Assembly: GCA_001599295.1 (NCBI GenBank)
Contig: BCGN01000005.1
Location: forward strand, 248,001-312,000
Origin: Sporopachydermia quercuum
Taxonomy: Eukaryota
Reading direction: 5' to 3'
DNA: 64,000 nucleotides
The position numbers and the translations under genes are program-made. This document shows, in pieces, positions 1 through 12,643 of this stretch (position 1 is its first letter; each line of letters opens with the position of its first letter). The notes beneath the pieces were generated by a model. That model was not told the origin of the DNA. It saw nothing but the letters and a program-made list of their open reading frames with translations, and ran no database searches.

Positions 1-2
1 AG

Positions 3-143
3 TTTGGTTGGTCAAACCAAGAAGTTGATGATAACATTGCTAGTGGAATTGCCTCGAGTAATGAAGGATCAGAAATCAGATCTGATGGTAAGGTAATCTG
101 GACTGGACTTCCGCCTGATTATGTTCAACCCATCAAGGAGTAA
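3..143 (+). CDS. 3' end of an unidentified protein-coding gene, truncated by the window edge
   Basis: Open frame FGWSNQEVDDNIASGIASSNEGSEIRSDGKVIWTGLPPDYVQPIKE ends in TAA at 141-143 and is followed by AT-rich 3'UTR-like sequence. Product not recognised. Confidence 0.7.
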   Translation, partial: FGWSNQEVDDNIASGIASSNEGSEIRSDGKVIWTGLPPDYVQPIKE

Positions 144-845
144 TTAAGAGCACATTTACCGGAGAAAACTGTTTAGTTTTTTAGGATGTTTCTTTTGCTT
201 AATTGATTTTGTATAATAAATGCTATTTAATTGGACAGTATGGATTGTAGATTGTAGAAAAGATGAAAGAAAGGAAAAGAAAAGCTGTTATGGAACTATG
301 GAGTTCATTACCGGAAACTATAAAGGTATATAGTGTCCAAAATCTCTGGAAAAGATAAGTTAGTTATCTCCGTAATTTTAGATTTCTTTGGTACCAGATA
401 TCATTTCCGTTTCTATTGTCATTTGGTAGTCTGGAGGGTGAAATACATTTGACACATTGCAGCTTTTCAATGAGAGTACAGATCAGATGATGATCTCTCA
501 AATTTAATATACTAGTAAAAATGCTTTATTTGCTATACAAAATTAACTAATCTGAACTTTCTGCCATTGAAATTTATGAAATCTCGTAACTTCCATACTC
601 TATCTCCACTGTTCCCCCAAACAATACTGGAAACTATTTAAGCACATAATATCCGCAATTTTAATACTACAGCAACCTCTCCATAAGACATTCAGATTTC
701 GTTCTACAACTATGAATCACTATTTTATCAAATCAATCAACGATTAACAAATCAATTGACACACGTACGGAATTCAAAATCTTTATATAATTAATGCATC
801 TTTTACGGGTAAAATTTGCCTATTNTCCAGCTAGAATCAACAAAG

Positions 846-2609
846 ATGCCTCCTTATAAACCACAGTACAATAGGCAAAACAACCTACCGTACCAGCGAC
901 CAAATACAAATGAACAGTTCAATCACCATCAATACAATAAACAAAGATTTCAAGAGCAATTAGCTAACGATAGATCAGACAGAAACATACAAGATCAAGG
1001 AAATAGTGATAATGGCAGAAATACAGGAAATAGCAGTAACTACAACAATATCAACAGTAACAATGCCAATGCCGATAGTAATGCTATCAACGACAAAGAG
1101 AATAGAAGATTCACATTAAGAAGAACAGTTGATCATTCAAATACGTTTGGCCGATGGTGGGTTCAAAAAGCAATTGGTAGAAATAATCAACAAATAGGCA
1201 CAATTCGACCGGAAGGCTCCTATTTGATTGACCTTTTACCTCCGTTAGCATATAATGATCAAGCAATGAATGACATACATACAAAGTTTGTTCACCTGAG
1301 TTCAAATAAAGCCAAACATTCAATTCATGCCGTGAAATTCACACCAGAAGGTAGAAGAGTTGTAGTTGGTAGTCATTCCGGTGAATTCACTCTCTGGAAT
1401 GGTATGTCTTTCAATTTCGAATCGATCATGCAAGCTCATGAGTCATCTATATTGAAACTAGCTTACTCCAATAATGACGATTGGTTACTTTCCTCATCTT
1501 CAGACGGTATAGTGAAATACTGGCAGCCAAATTTCAATAACGTGAAGATTATAAAAGCACACACAAACGCTGTTAACGATATAGCTTTTTCTCCTAACGA
1601 TTCGAAATTTGCTACTGTGTCAGACGATAGTAATGTTAAGATATGGAGTTTTAGCAATGCTACAGAAGAACAGACGTTGTCTGATCACCATTGGGATGTT
1701 AAATGCGTCGATTGGCATCCACATCTTGGTTTGGTTGTTAGTGGGTCAAAAGATAATTTAATAAAACTATGGGATCCTCGGACAGGAAGATCAATTACGA
1801 CCATTCACGGATTCAAAAATACTATATCCAAAGTGAAGTTTCAACCCACAGGCAGTAAACGATTACTGGCAGCGGTGTCTCGTGATAGGTCAGGTAAAAT
1901 ATTTGATATAAGAAAGATGAAGGATCTCATAGTATTGAAAGGTCATGATTCTGATATCAGTTCTGTTGTATGGCATCCTATACACTCCAATTTAATTACA
2001 ACTACTTCCTACGACGGTTCAATGAATCATTACTTGCTAGATACTCCTCAAACATGTTTTACCCCTAATAATAGTCTAGGAGGAACCAGTGGCCTCCCCG
2101 GTGGTGTACCTAGTACCCTTCCAGGTAGCAGCAATAGTGATTCAAATTTTATCATTAATAGTGTTAGCAGTACAGCAGGTACAACTACTCTAACACCGGT
2201 TCTACAAATACCACATGCTCATGACAAAGCTATCTATGACGTCGACTATCATCCATTGGGCCATTTGATTTGTACAGGGGGAGCAGATAAATCTACCCGG
2301 TTTTGGTGTAGATCGAGACCTAACGATCCTATGGCGTTCAAGGACTCCTGCTATTCTGATGAGAAATTAGATCCATGGGCATCAAATTCAAGGTTCCACT
2401 TCAATGGTCCGAACAGTAACAATCAGATGAATAATAATATTGGAGGTGTTGGCAATATTGATGCAATAGAGAAGATTAAAGAAGAAGAGGCTGTGAAACG
2501 TACGGAAAAGTCCAATGAGATTTTGAATAACTTATTACCAGGACTGAATAATTTGGTTAAGACTTCAGGTGCTGATGTATCGTTACCAGGATTAGGATCA
2601 TTTCAATGA
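846..2609 (+). CDS. PFS2: Polyadenylation factor subunit 2 (WDR33-like WD40 protein)
   Basis: First ATG at 846 (the ORF track starts at an upstream TTG). Motifs [40 protein letters not shown] and [10 protein letters not shown] are typical of Pfs2/WDR33. N/Q-rich N-terminus. Confidence 0.95.
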   Translation: MPPYKPQYNRQNNLPYQRPNTNEQFNHHQYNKQRFQEQLANDRSDRNIQDQGNSDNGRNTGNSSNYNNINSNNANADSNAINDKENRRFTLRRTVDHSNTFGRWWVQKAIGRNNQQIGTIRPEGSYLIDLLPPLAYNDQAMNDIHTKFVHLSSNKAKHSIHAVKFTPEGRRVVVGSHSGEFTLWNGMSFNFESIMQAHESSILKLAYSNNDDWLLSSSSDGIVKYWQPNFNNVKIIKAHTNAVNDIAFSPNDSKFATVSDDSNVKIWSFSNATEEQTLSDHHWDVKCVDWHPHLGLVVSGSKDNLIKLWDPRTGRSITTIHGFKNTISKVKFQPTGSKRLLAAVSRDRSGKIFDIRKMKDLIVLKGHDSDISSVVWHPIHSNLITTTSYDGSMNHYLLDTPQTCFTPNNSLGGTSGLPGGVPSTLPGSSNSDSNFIINSVSSTAGTTTLTPVLQIPHAHDKAIYDVDYHPLGHLICTGGADKSTRFWCRSRPNDPMAFKDSCYSDEKLDPWASNSRFHFNGPNSNNQMNNNIGGVGNIDAIEKIKEEEAVKRTEKSNEILNNLLPGLNNLVKTSGADVSLPGLGSFQ

Positions 2610-3023
2610 TATATAGCTGGATGTTATNGTTTAGTTAACGAACAGAAAAATGTAATGATAATAGTAGTAGTAGTAGTAGTANTACGCTTTTATCGATCTG
2701 ATATTTATTTACCGAATTTATTNTCTATTAAAACCCAAAAAATTATTTTCTATCTATTAATCTATTAAAACCGAAAGACCTATTTATGTATCTATTTTAA
2801 CCCACATTTTAACCCAATTATATCCCTAGTCTTTATCCTTTTTTTATCCCATTAATATATTACCTTTAAAGCACCACATAATACTTCCCTTCCTCTCAAC
2901 CTTTTATTTTTTCTTGTTCCCAATTTCCTTAAAACGAATAGCTATAATATCATATTAACCAACAACTTAATTGTATGTATTCTTNATACCCTCATCAACG
3001 ACACAGAAATGATACTTCATTTC

Positions 3024-4544
3024 TTAGAAAAAGCATTTTTCAAAATCTCGTTCAGATTTCAAATATTCTTTCAGTCCAGCTGAGTATTTGTCAAAAGATT
3101 GCTTATTGATTTTCCGATAACCATTCAAAAAGCCAGTAATCAAATTGAATACAACNTCATTTCTAAACTTCGATGTTAAACTAGTAACATCAATATTTTC
3201 ACCCCAATTCTCAAATTTAACAACTGACAAATAATTATGCCTTTTCTCAGTCAAGTCTCCATCAATTGAAGTAGGAATAGATGAACCAGTCAATGTAACA
3301 TCATTCTCGTTATTAGCTATACTATTAGCAAGACCATTCTGAGAATAACTGAAAGACAAGTCTCTTTCCCACATTAGGATCTCTTCATCATCAATTAGTT
3401 CATAGGCTTCTCTGTATCGTTCAACCCTTTCAGTGAAATCAATCAAAGCCAGTGATTTATTATCAATTTGCTTATAATCAGGACTCGTGGAGACTTTCTT
3501 GAAGATATGATAGTTATGCATAACTTCATCAGTAATGCAAGTGTTGAGAAACATAATATTGATATTAGTGTCAGTTTCTTGAGAGAAACTTTTAATTTGC
3601 TTTAAAACTCTTCTTCTTCTTGCTTTAGTTGTATTAGTAGCATCAAAAAAACCAACGTTATGGTACTCATCCGAATCATCATTGAAATAAGTTAGCATGT
3701 TTTCAAGAGCAATCTGAGCAAAGAAGTCTCTAACTTGAACGTTATGAGAATTATTTGTATTGAAGAAATCCTCAGTTTGAGAAGAGCAAGATAATGTTCT
3801 CTTAGCAACCGTTGGTAAGCAATCAACTGACAACTGTTTTAGAGAATTCCTTCTTGTTGAATTACTGCTAGCATTTAATGAACTGACATCAGATATTGTT
3901 GTTACTTTTGATAAAGGGATTGATTCTAGGAAAGGACTTAGTTGCACAGCCGAACTTTCATTGGAAGTGTTTGCTTTTGAACTTGTAGTTGTAAATGGGG
4001 TGAGTTGATCATTTAATCCTAAGGTTGAAATTGTTGCAACAGAAGAGCAAGATTCAAAAGACTGATTAAAAGCACGTCTAACACTTCCAGCGTTGAATAT
4101 CTCCGCTCTAAACTTCCTTTCTGGAGCATCTTCAAGATAGTTCATTACCTTTGGCATATGATATTGAAGAAAGGCACCAAGTTGTTTTGCCAAGGAAGAT
4201 TTACCACTAGCAGGTAAGCCAACGAGAATGATAGCCCATTTCAAATTTGGATCAAATGTTGACTTTGAATAGTTCACCGACGAGAGATCACATAATTCAG
4301 GGTCGAAGTTCGATGGTGAAGCTGAAGATAATTCTGTGGATTGAAAAATTTCACTTGAGATCATCATCGGACTTGATAAGGATGACTGTGATTGAGATTG
4401 AACGTGAGGATCTGCTGATATTATTTCCATAGATTTAGCAGTAGAGATATCCGGTATATTAAACTGGCTGTTTAAATCACAATGATGTATTTCTTGTTGG
4501 TATTCAGTAGAAACCAAAGTGGTAGCGGGAAGAAGAACAGACAT
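3024..4544 (-). CDS. 6-phosphofructo-2-kinase, kinase domain only (Pfk27-like)
   Basis: IILVGLPASGKS P-loop plus IFNAGSVRR, FFDATNTTKARRR, SPDY and DFTERVERYREAYE motifs of the 6PF2K domain. No C-terminal bisphosphatase domain. Confidence 0.8.
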   Translation of the reverse strand: MSVLLPATTLVSTEYQQEIHHCDLNSQFNIPDISTAKSMEIISADPHVQSQSQSSLSSPMMISSEIFQSTELSSASPSNFDPELCDLSSVNYSKSTFDPNLKWAIILVGLPASGKSSLAKQLGAFLQYHMPKVMNYLEDAPERKFRAEIFNAGSVRRAFNQSFESCSSVATISTLGLNDQLTPFTTTSSKANTSNESSAVQLSPFLESIPLSKVTTISDVSSLNASSNSTRRNSLKQLSVDCLPTVAKRTLSCSSQTEDFFNTNNSHNVQVRDFFAQIALENMLTYFNDDSDEYHNVGFFDATNTTKARRRRVLKQIKSFSQETDTNINIMFLNTCITDEVMHNYHIFKKVSTSPDYKQIDNKSLALIDFTERVERYREAYELIDDEEILMWERDLSFSYSQNGLANSIANNENDVTLTGSSIPTSIDGDLTEKRHNYLSVVKFENWGENIDVTSLTSKFRNXVVFNLITGFLNGYRKINKQSFDKYSAGLKEYLKSERDFEKCFF

Positions 4545-7085
4545 AGTTGATCCTAACAGTAAACCTGTCTGATAGAGGCTTTTATGTCTCGAAGAAAAAA
4601 AAATTTTGTTGTAAGTAATATTCCTTTGATATTATAATCCGATGTCTTGCTCTCTCCTTAGCACTCAGTGATTCAAGTAGCTTACTAGACAGTTTTGTCT
4701 ACAACTTGGCAGACACAGAAGTTGCAACTGGTCAAGATTCACTGTAGTTTCTTTCTTCGACAGATTTTTCTAAGTAGCTTGCAAGTAATCGCGAAACTTG
4801 ATGATAACAACCAGTTGGAAAGATAGTTAACTACTGAGAGTAGTCTCTATTAATTGCTAAGCTGTTAGGAAGAAGCAATGAACGAATGAACAGTGCGTGC
4901 TAATATGTAGTTAGCTATTCTATGTATGACTAATTGTTCTCTCCGGTATCGTAGCTAAATCCTATGAATTCATCAATATTCTAATAAAAACTGGAAATGA
5001 TTTCTTTATTATATTGAATTTCAAAATTTTGCAGCCATTGATTTGCCTCTCCGAAATCACANAGAAAGTGTTACGAGAAATCTAATTGTTCCTATTTCGC
5101 AACCACACCATTAACAATTTTTTTCTCTACCTTTTCTTCGCTATTTTTCAGTGATTTCACTTTTTCTCTTTCTAGTAAGAATAAAGTTAAGATTCTTGGA
5201 CTATTTATCCTACGATACGCTAAGTATCGGAGTTTAAGTAAACAAAAATCCTATTGAATAGCATTAAATAAAGAGTTTAGTAAGAGGACCTTCTTAAGGT
5301 TTAAGGTTCTTAGTCTAAATGGTTCTACTGGCGTTTTGGCCTTCTGCCAACCGTTGAAACACATATTATAGTTTAACTTTATTTCTATTAATTTTTCCGC
5401 TCAAATTTCTGCGAGTAGAGCAACAGTTGATGCGGGTTAATAAACAAATACATAAATATGAAAATAAGTGGCAGACTATTGATTACTCTCCAGCAGTTTC
5501 TTTTAATTATTTGAAATTGTTTGAAATTTGTGATAACAACAAAACAGAGACTATGCTAAGCGTTTCAGCTAGTGAATTCAGTATAATATCAATAATTGTT
5601 ATGAGGGAAATCAGTCATGGAAACGTGTTTGTTTCGAACCAGTAGAGGTGGCAATACAATTTATATTGGTTAGAAGAAGATAGTGAGGAGATGAGCGAAT
5701 GAATGAAAACAAAATAACCGAATCGAGTAAAAGAGATATATGATAAGAGAGGAGTTTTATTTTGCATGTATTTATTTAAATTCTCATATGCTGCTGGAAA
5801 TGCACGTAGTAGGTTCATTGTACAATCATATTTACAAGTGGAGCTNCATCAGATCTAATAATAACCAAATATATTTAGAATGAAACTTGTTTCGGAATTA
5901 TATTTTTTAAGCAGGTTACTCATAGAACGTGTCCTTTTCATTTTTTTTCTTTCTTTTATATTAATTTCAATAACAAATATTCAGTGGATTTATATGAGAC
6001 AATTGTTAGGTATTGCCATCTGATATAAACTCATACCTATCGATATCACTAGATTGAGGCACGTGTTAGGAGGAGAATCTATCTTAAGCATTTGCATGAC
6101 ATTGCGTTAAAGAGTAAGGAAAACTAAAACTCATCATATAGTACGACGAAAATCGTAGAGAGTTGTCTACCGGGTGTTTGAATTGTAAATGGCTAAAATT
6201 TAGTCTAGAATTGCTGCATATTATTAAAAATTGAGGGACTTTTCTATCATCCAAAAGGAGGTAGATGAATCAGAAGCCAAGAGCTACATCCATGTAAATC
6301 GGTGAGATGAAACTATCTATAGTGAGTAAGTGAATCATTGGTATTGAATAGAGGATTTGTTGTGAAATAAAAACTATTTTATTTAGACTACTCTTGATTA
6401 GTTGCAGTATAGGTTATAGTTCAATAGTTAAACTTAGCTCGGAATGATGATTGAGTTGGTAAGACTAGTTGACTGTCTAGAATTGTTCACTGCAGATTTC
6501 TTAGCAACATTACAGTATGTGAAGGTCTTAACAGGACGAGAGATGAAAGTTTCCANCTTTTCATTTAGATGATGATAGATTCTCCCGATATGGAAATACG
6601 ATGATAGAAGGATAGTTGGGATAAAAGACAGATTGGGTAAAATAGCCTATTGGAGAGATCAAATACTTGCTTAGAGACACTTTATTTTGAATGATAATGA
6701 GGGCACCCCATGTGTAGATGGGAAAGAAAAAATAAATGACAGAAAGTATTTATCCTATCGCTCAGTAAAATACAGTAGTTGTGTGGAGAAACGNAACAAA
6801 AGGTAGTCATCAATGATGAGAATTGGTTTTGTATTGTAATACTATGAGATTTACTATTGGTGAATTGTCTGTTTGATTATGTAGTTATGTAGTATGGTAT
6901 TTCTANGTATGATAGTATATGGGCGAGTAAATAATAAACAAGAGCGTCATTGATCATTGAAAGTTCTAACTAAGAAAATATAAGACTAACTTAGGAATAA
7001 TGTGAAAAGTTCTATTCACTATAATGGCAAATACGGGATTTTATTTAATACACGGACCACTTGGTTGTAAGGAAAAATCTCTTTA

Positions 7086-10000
7086 TCAATGAACCATGTG
7101 CTTTCTGAGATTCACAATTTCCTGTTCAAGTTCATCAATTCTGTTCAGAAATGCATTATTCTCTTCCACTCTTCTTTCATTAAGAGCTTTGAGTTTGAGT
7201 TCCATTGTTCTATTGTTCTGAATACCATTGTAATTTCTCAGACTTCTACTACTGTTGGTGTGTATAGGAGAATGAGACGGCGATAAAGATTTGGCTTGAT
7301 TTATATCAAGATTATTCTGTAAGTTGTTGATAGTTTCCTTCTGCTTATATAGTAACCCAGTCAATTGGCTTTAAGAATGTTAGTCCAAGTTATGTACTGA
7401 AAAGAAGTAAAAAAGATAAAAACAATCGGGTAATCAGACCTTTCTCTCTGCCCGTGCAAAGCTTCAGAAGCTCTAACTTTCTTATTCAACTTCTTCATTT
7501 CGGAATGTAAATTTTTTATGAAAGTTAAAATATGATCAAATTGTTCCTCAACCTCATCAATGTTCAAATACCCCTTTATTATAACAAATGGTGGCTGCTC
7601 ATCTGAAAAATAGTCACACAAGTCATTAACAAAATTATGAATAACAGAAATGATCTCTTCAGTAGTCGCATCCTTGTCTTCCAGGATTTGCTGTAATTTC
7701 ATATTTTCATTGATGACGCTCTTGTAATCTGCATCTTTTCTATACAAGGATTCTTGCTGAAATTGCTTTTCGCATTGCAATTTATTGATATTAGATTTTA
7801 AGTCTTCAATAACAGACTGTAACTCATTGTTCATAGCATTGAGATCGNTATTGAATTCCGAATTTTTATCTTCTTCTAAAAGTTCTTTCAGGTTTTGTTC
7901 CAGATTATCTATCTGCATCAGATACGTAGAAATTAGATCGTTCTTCGTTTCAACAGAACTTTCCAGCTCCATTTTGGAGTTTTTCAAAGTATGAATGCGA
8001 AGCTGAGATTCATCAAACTTTTCCTCTAATCCTTCAATAGTGTCTCTTGACTTACTAAGTTCATTTTTCAAAGAACGAAGTTCCTCTTCACTTTTCTTCT
8101 TATCGTCTTCTAATAAACTAACTAAACTCTCTAGATTACCTTCATTTCTCCTGAGTGCANTATTCTGCTCAGCTAACTTTGTTATTTCTGTCTGGAAATC
8201 ATTTATTACTTTTTCCTGGGTCTTATCGTGAGTTTCTCGTAACTTCTTTGAAGTTTCCAGTTGTATCTCAGTGTTTTCCTTGAATCTTTGGTAATCTTCT
8301 GAGAGACAGTTGAACTTTATTTCTATTGAACATTTCTCTGATAGTAGTTTTTCGTTCATCTGCGCGACATCTTTCAACTGAGTGTCAGATTTGGATTTCT
8401 GCTTCACAAGCATACTATTCTCCTCTTCTAGAACAGATAATCGTTTAGCAAGAGATTCTGTATTTTTCTCTATATTGCTTCCCTGTCTCTTCAAGAGTTT
8501 GATAGTTGATTCTTTAGATTCCAATTGCCCTTTAAGAAAATTNATGTCATCTTTGGCCTCATTTAAGTAGTTATCATAACTAATCACACCCTTTTCGAAT
8601 CGTTCCACATTCTGTTGAAGAATCGCTTCCATGGATGCGATTTGATGAACGAAGTGATGGACGATTGAATTTAATATCTATAAATATGTTAGTAAACAAA
8701 CAAATAGCAAAGGAATCGTTGTATGTCAAATGGTGAATAATTACGGCAGGAATACCANAAAGAGTGACATTATTCATCATGCTCATCCAGCCTTCGGGTT
8801 GATGTGTATGGAGTATTTGACAAATGGTTTTGTTGATATTTCTGACATATGTGTATTTATTAGAGTATTTGATTATCTTGTCCGTTATGACGTTTTGTTG
8901 TTGTCTTAATTTCATCAGATCTGTAGTGCGTTCTTTAAGTTCGTTTGACTCTTNAGTTTTCTGGCTCAATTCTTTTTTATTTTGAAGATTCGATTCTTCC
9001 GTGGACAGAAGTTTTGTTTTCAGGGACTCATTTTCTTCCTGAAACTTATTCAATGTATCTAAAGCGTCTGAAATTAAACTTTTGATTTTGAGAAGCTCAT
9101 CTCTAAAAATGTTGGAGCTACAAAATGGATCTGAAAACGTTAACAAGTCAACATTAATTTCTGGAGATTTTGGTGTCATTAAATTTTTGATATCATCTAT
9201 CACAGTTCTTAGGTCTTCCAATTCAGGAGCATAATTATCCAAATGATCTGATGTCCTTATATTATTTTGTTTCTTATCTGAATGCTCAGAATCCAAGGTT
9301 ATGAAGGGTTCGTTTTTCGAGATAATAATTTCTGGAACAATATTGTCCTTGCTTGAACGATCAGTATCATTTGCAACTACAGGAATAGCTGAACAAAACA
9401 ATTGATCATCGTTGTTTACCTTTGCCTCATATTCTTCGTCTTCTCTTTCTCCTTCTACACTCACNGATTCAGTTTCTAGATCAGCGATATAATCCATATG
9501 GATTCCTTCCTTTCCCATTCCAGAATTTATCTCGTCTTCCTTGTTTATCACTTCGACATTCTTTGATCCACCTGAACTTTGCTCTTCTAATGGGTTTTGT
9601 ATAACTTGCTTTCTCTCATTCTTGACATTCTCCNCTGTTGCAAGATAAAATCCTTCTTTAAAGGTAGTTTCATTGCCTCTATCAAAATTGCTGGCTTTCT
9701 GAGAGTTCTCCCGCGTTTGTGCATTATTAGTAATGTCACTGATAGCTCTAGATCGTTTGTCGGGANTTTTGCCTTTGATAAAATTATCTACATCTCCCTC
9801 TTTCGAATGATATAGCTTGACCGGTGCTTCAGAGTTCAAAAGTATGTCAAGCATCTCGGGCATAGACATGGCATTTTCTTCGACAACTTCTGTTAGCTCT
9901 GTGTCATCGTACATGGAATCTGTTGATTCAAGGGTGTCGTTCAGGACAAGATACTGATGGTCAGTGCTTTTTGTTGTAATTAGCCGTTGATGTGCTTTGT

Positions 10001-10574
10001 AATTTTGTACATCAGTGTTAGCCATTTCAGTGTACGAGGAGTCCACTTGCAAATTTAATGGTTTATCTATAAGGGCTAATGTATTGTCATCTTCACTATC
10101 AATGGGAAAGTGGTTGAAAGACAAACTAGTTGCAGAAGACAAAGTATCAAAGTCAGTTTTCTTATTGAAAGTGAACTGCGAATTCAAACTCGCCTGTTCT
10201 TCACCTTGTAGAAAGTCTTTTTGAGCAAAAGAAATATGCTTTCTAGGACNAGTTGTCTCGTAGTCTGAGAATTGAGGCCCTTGATTTGAGTTTAAAGAAT
10301 GCATGATTTTATTGACTGTTCCTAGAAGCATATTGCTAGTCTGTTCTCCTTTAAACGGATTGAAAGCANCAGATAAAATTTCTAATTCACTTTCAGTGTC
10401 TTTTTCCTGTGGCTGTTCAAGAATAAAGTCTGAAAAGTTCGTATCGACAGGGGACATAAATCCACGACTCATCTTTCTAGCTTCATTGCTTTGTTCATTG
10501 CTTTCTTCATTGCTCTCTTCAAGGAACAATTCCTGCTCCTCTCCTAGAGAACTCATTTGATCGTCTATCATCAT
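7086..10574 (-). CDS. Large coiled-coil protein, probable gamma-tubulin complex receptor / SPB outer-plaque protein (Spc72/Mto1-like); 3 exons, ~1116 aa
   Basis: Three split ORFs join as exons 10574-8745, 8677-7440 and 7368-7086. Intron 8744-8678: GTAATT..TACTAAC..TAG. Intron 7439-7369: GTCTGA..GACTAAC..AAG. Both joins restore frame. C-terminal RTMELKLKALNERRVEENNAFLNRIDELEQEIVNLRK resembles the MASC (Mto1/Spc72 C-terminal) motif. Start codon and donor choices are uncertain. Confidence 0.6.
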
Positions 10575-11761
10575 TAATCGTCCAGACACAATGGGTTCCG
10601 TTAACGCTTCCTTCTGCTTTGACAACAGTACCGTTTCTGAAAAATGATAAACTACAAAGAATTTAAACTCTCCAGTGATTGGTGTTTCGTTATTCCTCTC
10701 ATATAATCTGTCCTGATATCCTTCCAATAATAAGCAATTCTTTTAGCTGTAAACAAATATTTTTTTTATCTTTCAGAAGACCTTCTTATGTCTTTCTACC
10801 TATTTCAAAGAGCAATTCTTCCTTTCGGTAGAATCATTTCTAAGCAGTGAGACCATAAGCCAGTGTTCATGATCTCAGAAGAGAACGACAACCAAACAAA
10901 AGAAAAAAGAGGGAATCACCTTTTTTTTATACATTTTCGTGTATATGATCTGTCGCTACACAATACTGAGTTCCAGGGAGGGGTTGGATCACAAACATGT
11001 TGAGCCATTCTTGCACTGGAACTGATAAGAGAAACAAAGGTTGCATGAATATTCATTTCATACGAACGTAAGTAACTATATCAACGAATACCAAAAAAAA
11101 GAATAAGCATAAATTTTACTATACACTCCGGAAATAATGATGTATTTTATTGATATCAAAGGAAAGAAAGATGTTGAATTTGCTAGATTTGGCTTATTTG
11201 ATTTGATTTTACAAATTCGATTGTCATATGACAATGAAATGTTGGTTACAGAATTAATTCCATCTGGGGTAAAAGAGCGGAGATTATTGTGCCTCGATCT
11301 CGGAAACTTTGGTAGCTTTCTGTTTGGTTTGGACAAAAGTTTAGAATTGAGATGAATGAAGGCATGGAAACTCTGACTGGCTACAAAAAAAAGAAATTAT
11401 ATTATGATTATTGAAATCATTATTTAATTTATAATTTCACTTCTACAAAGGTTTTACTCATTTTATCATTTTTTCAGACTTTCATTATTCATTCCTTTAT
11501 TAATCAAAGGCATTCTGAGTACTTCGCTTTATCCTAAAGAACATGCTTTTTCACTTGTCCGAATAAATGTATTGTCCACTAAATTTTACTAGAGTATTAA
11601 ATAGTACATGCTTTTGATCATCTTCTTCATTATCAAGAAGAAAGCAAGGTAGATATGTGCTTCTCAATATTAGCTAACACCAAATTAGACTGATTGGGTT
11701 CGAGGATAGAATCTGAATTTTGAACCTGTTGTTACTGCTCAAGAATCTTAAGATAGTAGGG

Positions 11762-12635
11762 ATGGCAGTTCAGCCAAAGAGTAGAGTAAGCTCAAAAGCA
11801 AAAGAACTGAATGGGTCGATAAAACAGCAAGATAAGAAAAGAAGGCAGGTGTTCAAACAGGTTCTTAGTAATCCTTATGGTTCAATCTCTTGGTAAGTGC
11901 TCATTTGTATATCTATATGGTTGAGAATAGCTAAATAACCGTTGAGCTACCAAACACTACTTACTTACCGTGAGCTTACCTATACACACCCGTTCGTCAT
12001 TATTTTTGATCATATACTAATTNTACTACAGGCCTTTGGCTTCTCAAGCTTTGCTGCAGGACCTATTGGAGTTGTTACTTACAGGGCTTGAAAGTCAAAA
12101 TGACAAGGGAAATCCAACTTTTGTCTGCACTGGTTTCAATTCAACGGTGAAAGCATTGGAAACACAGTGTAAACTAATTAGAGAGAACAGCCAAAAAGCT
12201 TTACGGACTTCAGATAAAGATTTCAACGTGAAGAACCCAATAGTTGCTGTATTTGTTTGCAGACTAGATATATCATCCTCATTATTGTACTCTTATCTAC
12301 CAAAGCTATGCTTATTGGCATCTTCAAAAGGCACTACTAATAACACCTCAACGATCGTGGATATTAAACTGATATCTTTACCCAAAGGTAGTATAGAAAA
12401 ACTGTCATTGATATTACAAAAACCTTCATGCGGTATCTTAGCAATAAGGAGAAACGCCGCAGGATTTAAATTTTTACTTGACAAGCTTGATGATAAGAAT
12501 GAGGAAGGAAATCCTGTTATTCCTTCGCTACAGGCTCCGTGGCTGGAAAATAACCCTCTTTACCAGCTTGTTAATATAAAATATCTAGAAACATCCGCAC
12601 CTATGAAGCCCAAGAAAGGGAAAAATAGTTCATAG
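11762..12635 (+). CDS. POP3: RNase P/MRP protein subunit Pop3; 2 exons, 244 aa
   Basis: Exons 11762-11892 and 12032-12635; intron GTAAGT..TACTAAT..CAG. Spliced N-terminus KKRRQVFKQVLSNPYGSISWP matches the Pop3 KRRQVYKPVLDNP..WP pattern, followed by GFNSTVKALE, VFVCRLD and LISLPKGS. Confidence 0.88.
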
Positions 12636-12643
12636 TGGTTTAA

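Noticed and set aside
2780..2860. Interstitial telomeric repeats (two TTTTAACCC copies)
   Set aside because: Only two separated copies within low-complexity terminator-like sequence between convergent genes.
4545..7085. Hidden gene, LTR or transposon remnant in the 2.5-kb intergenic region
   Set aside because: No long ORF, terminal repeats, target-site duplication or recognisable domain; consistent with a long regulatory region upstream of the PFK27-like gene.
10575..10727. N-terminal extension of the SPC72-like ORF from a TTG start
   Set aside because: A near-cognate start from the ORF finder; the first in-frame ATG is at 10574. The same reasoning moved the starts of PFS2, TRP1 and IPP1.
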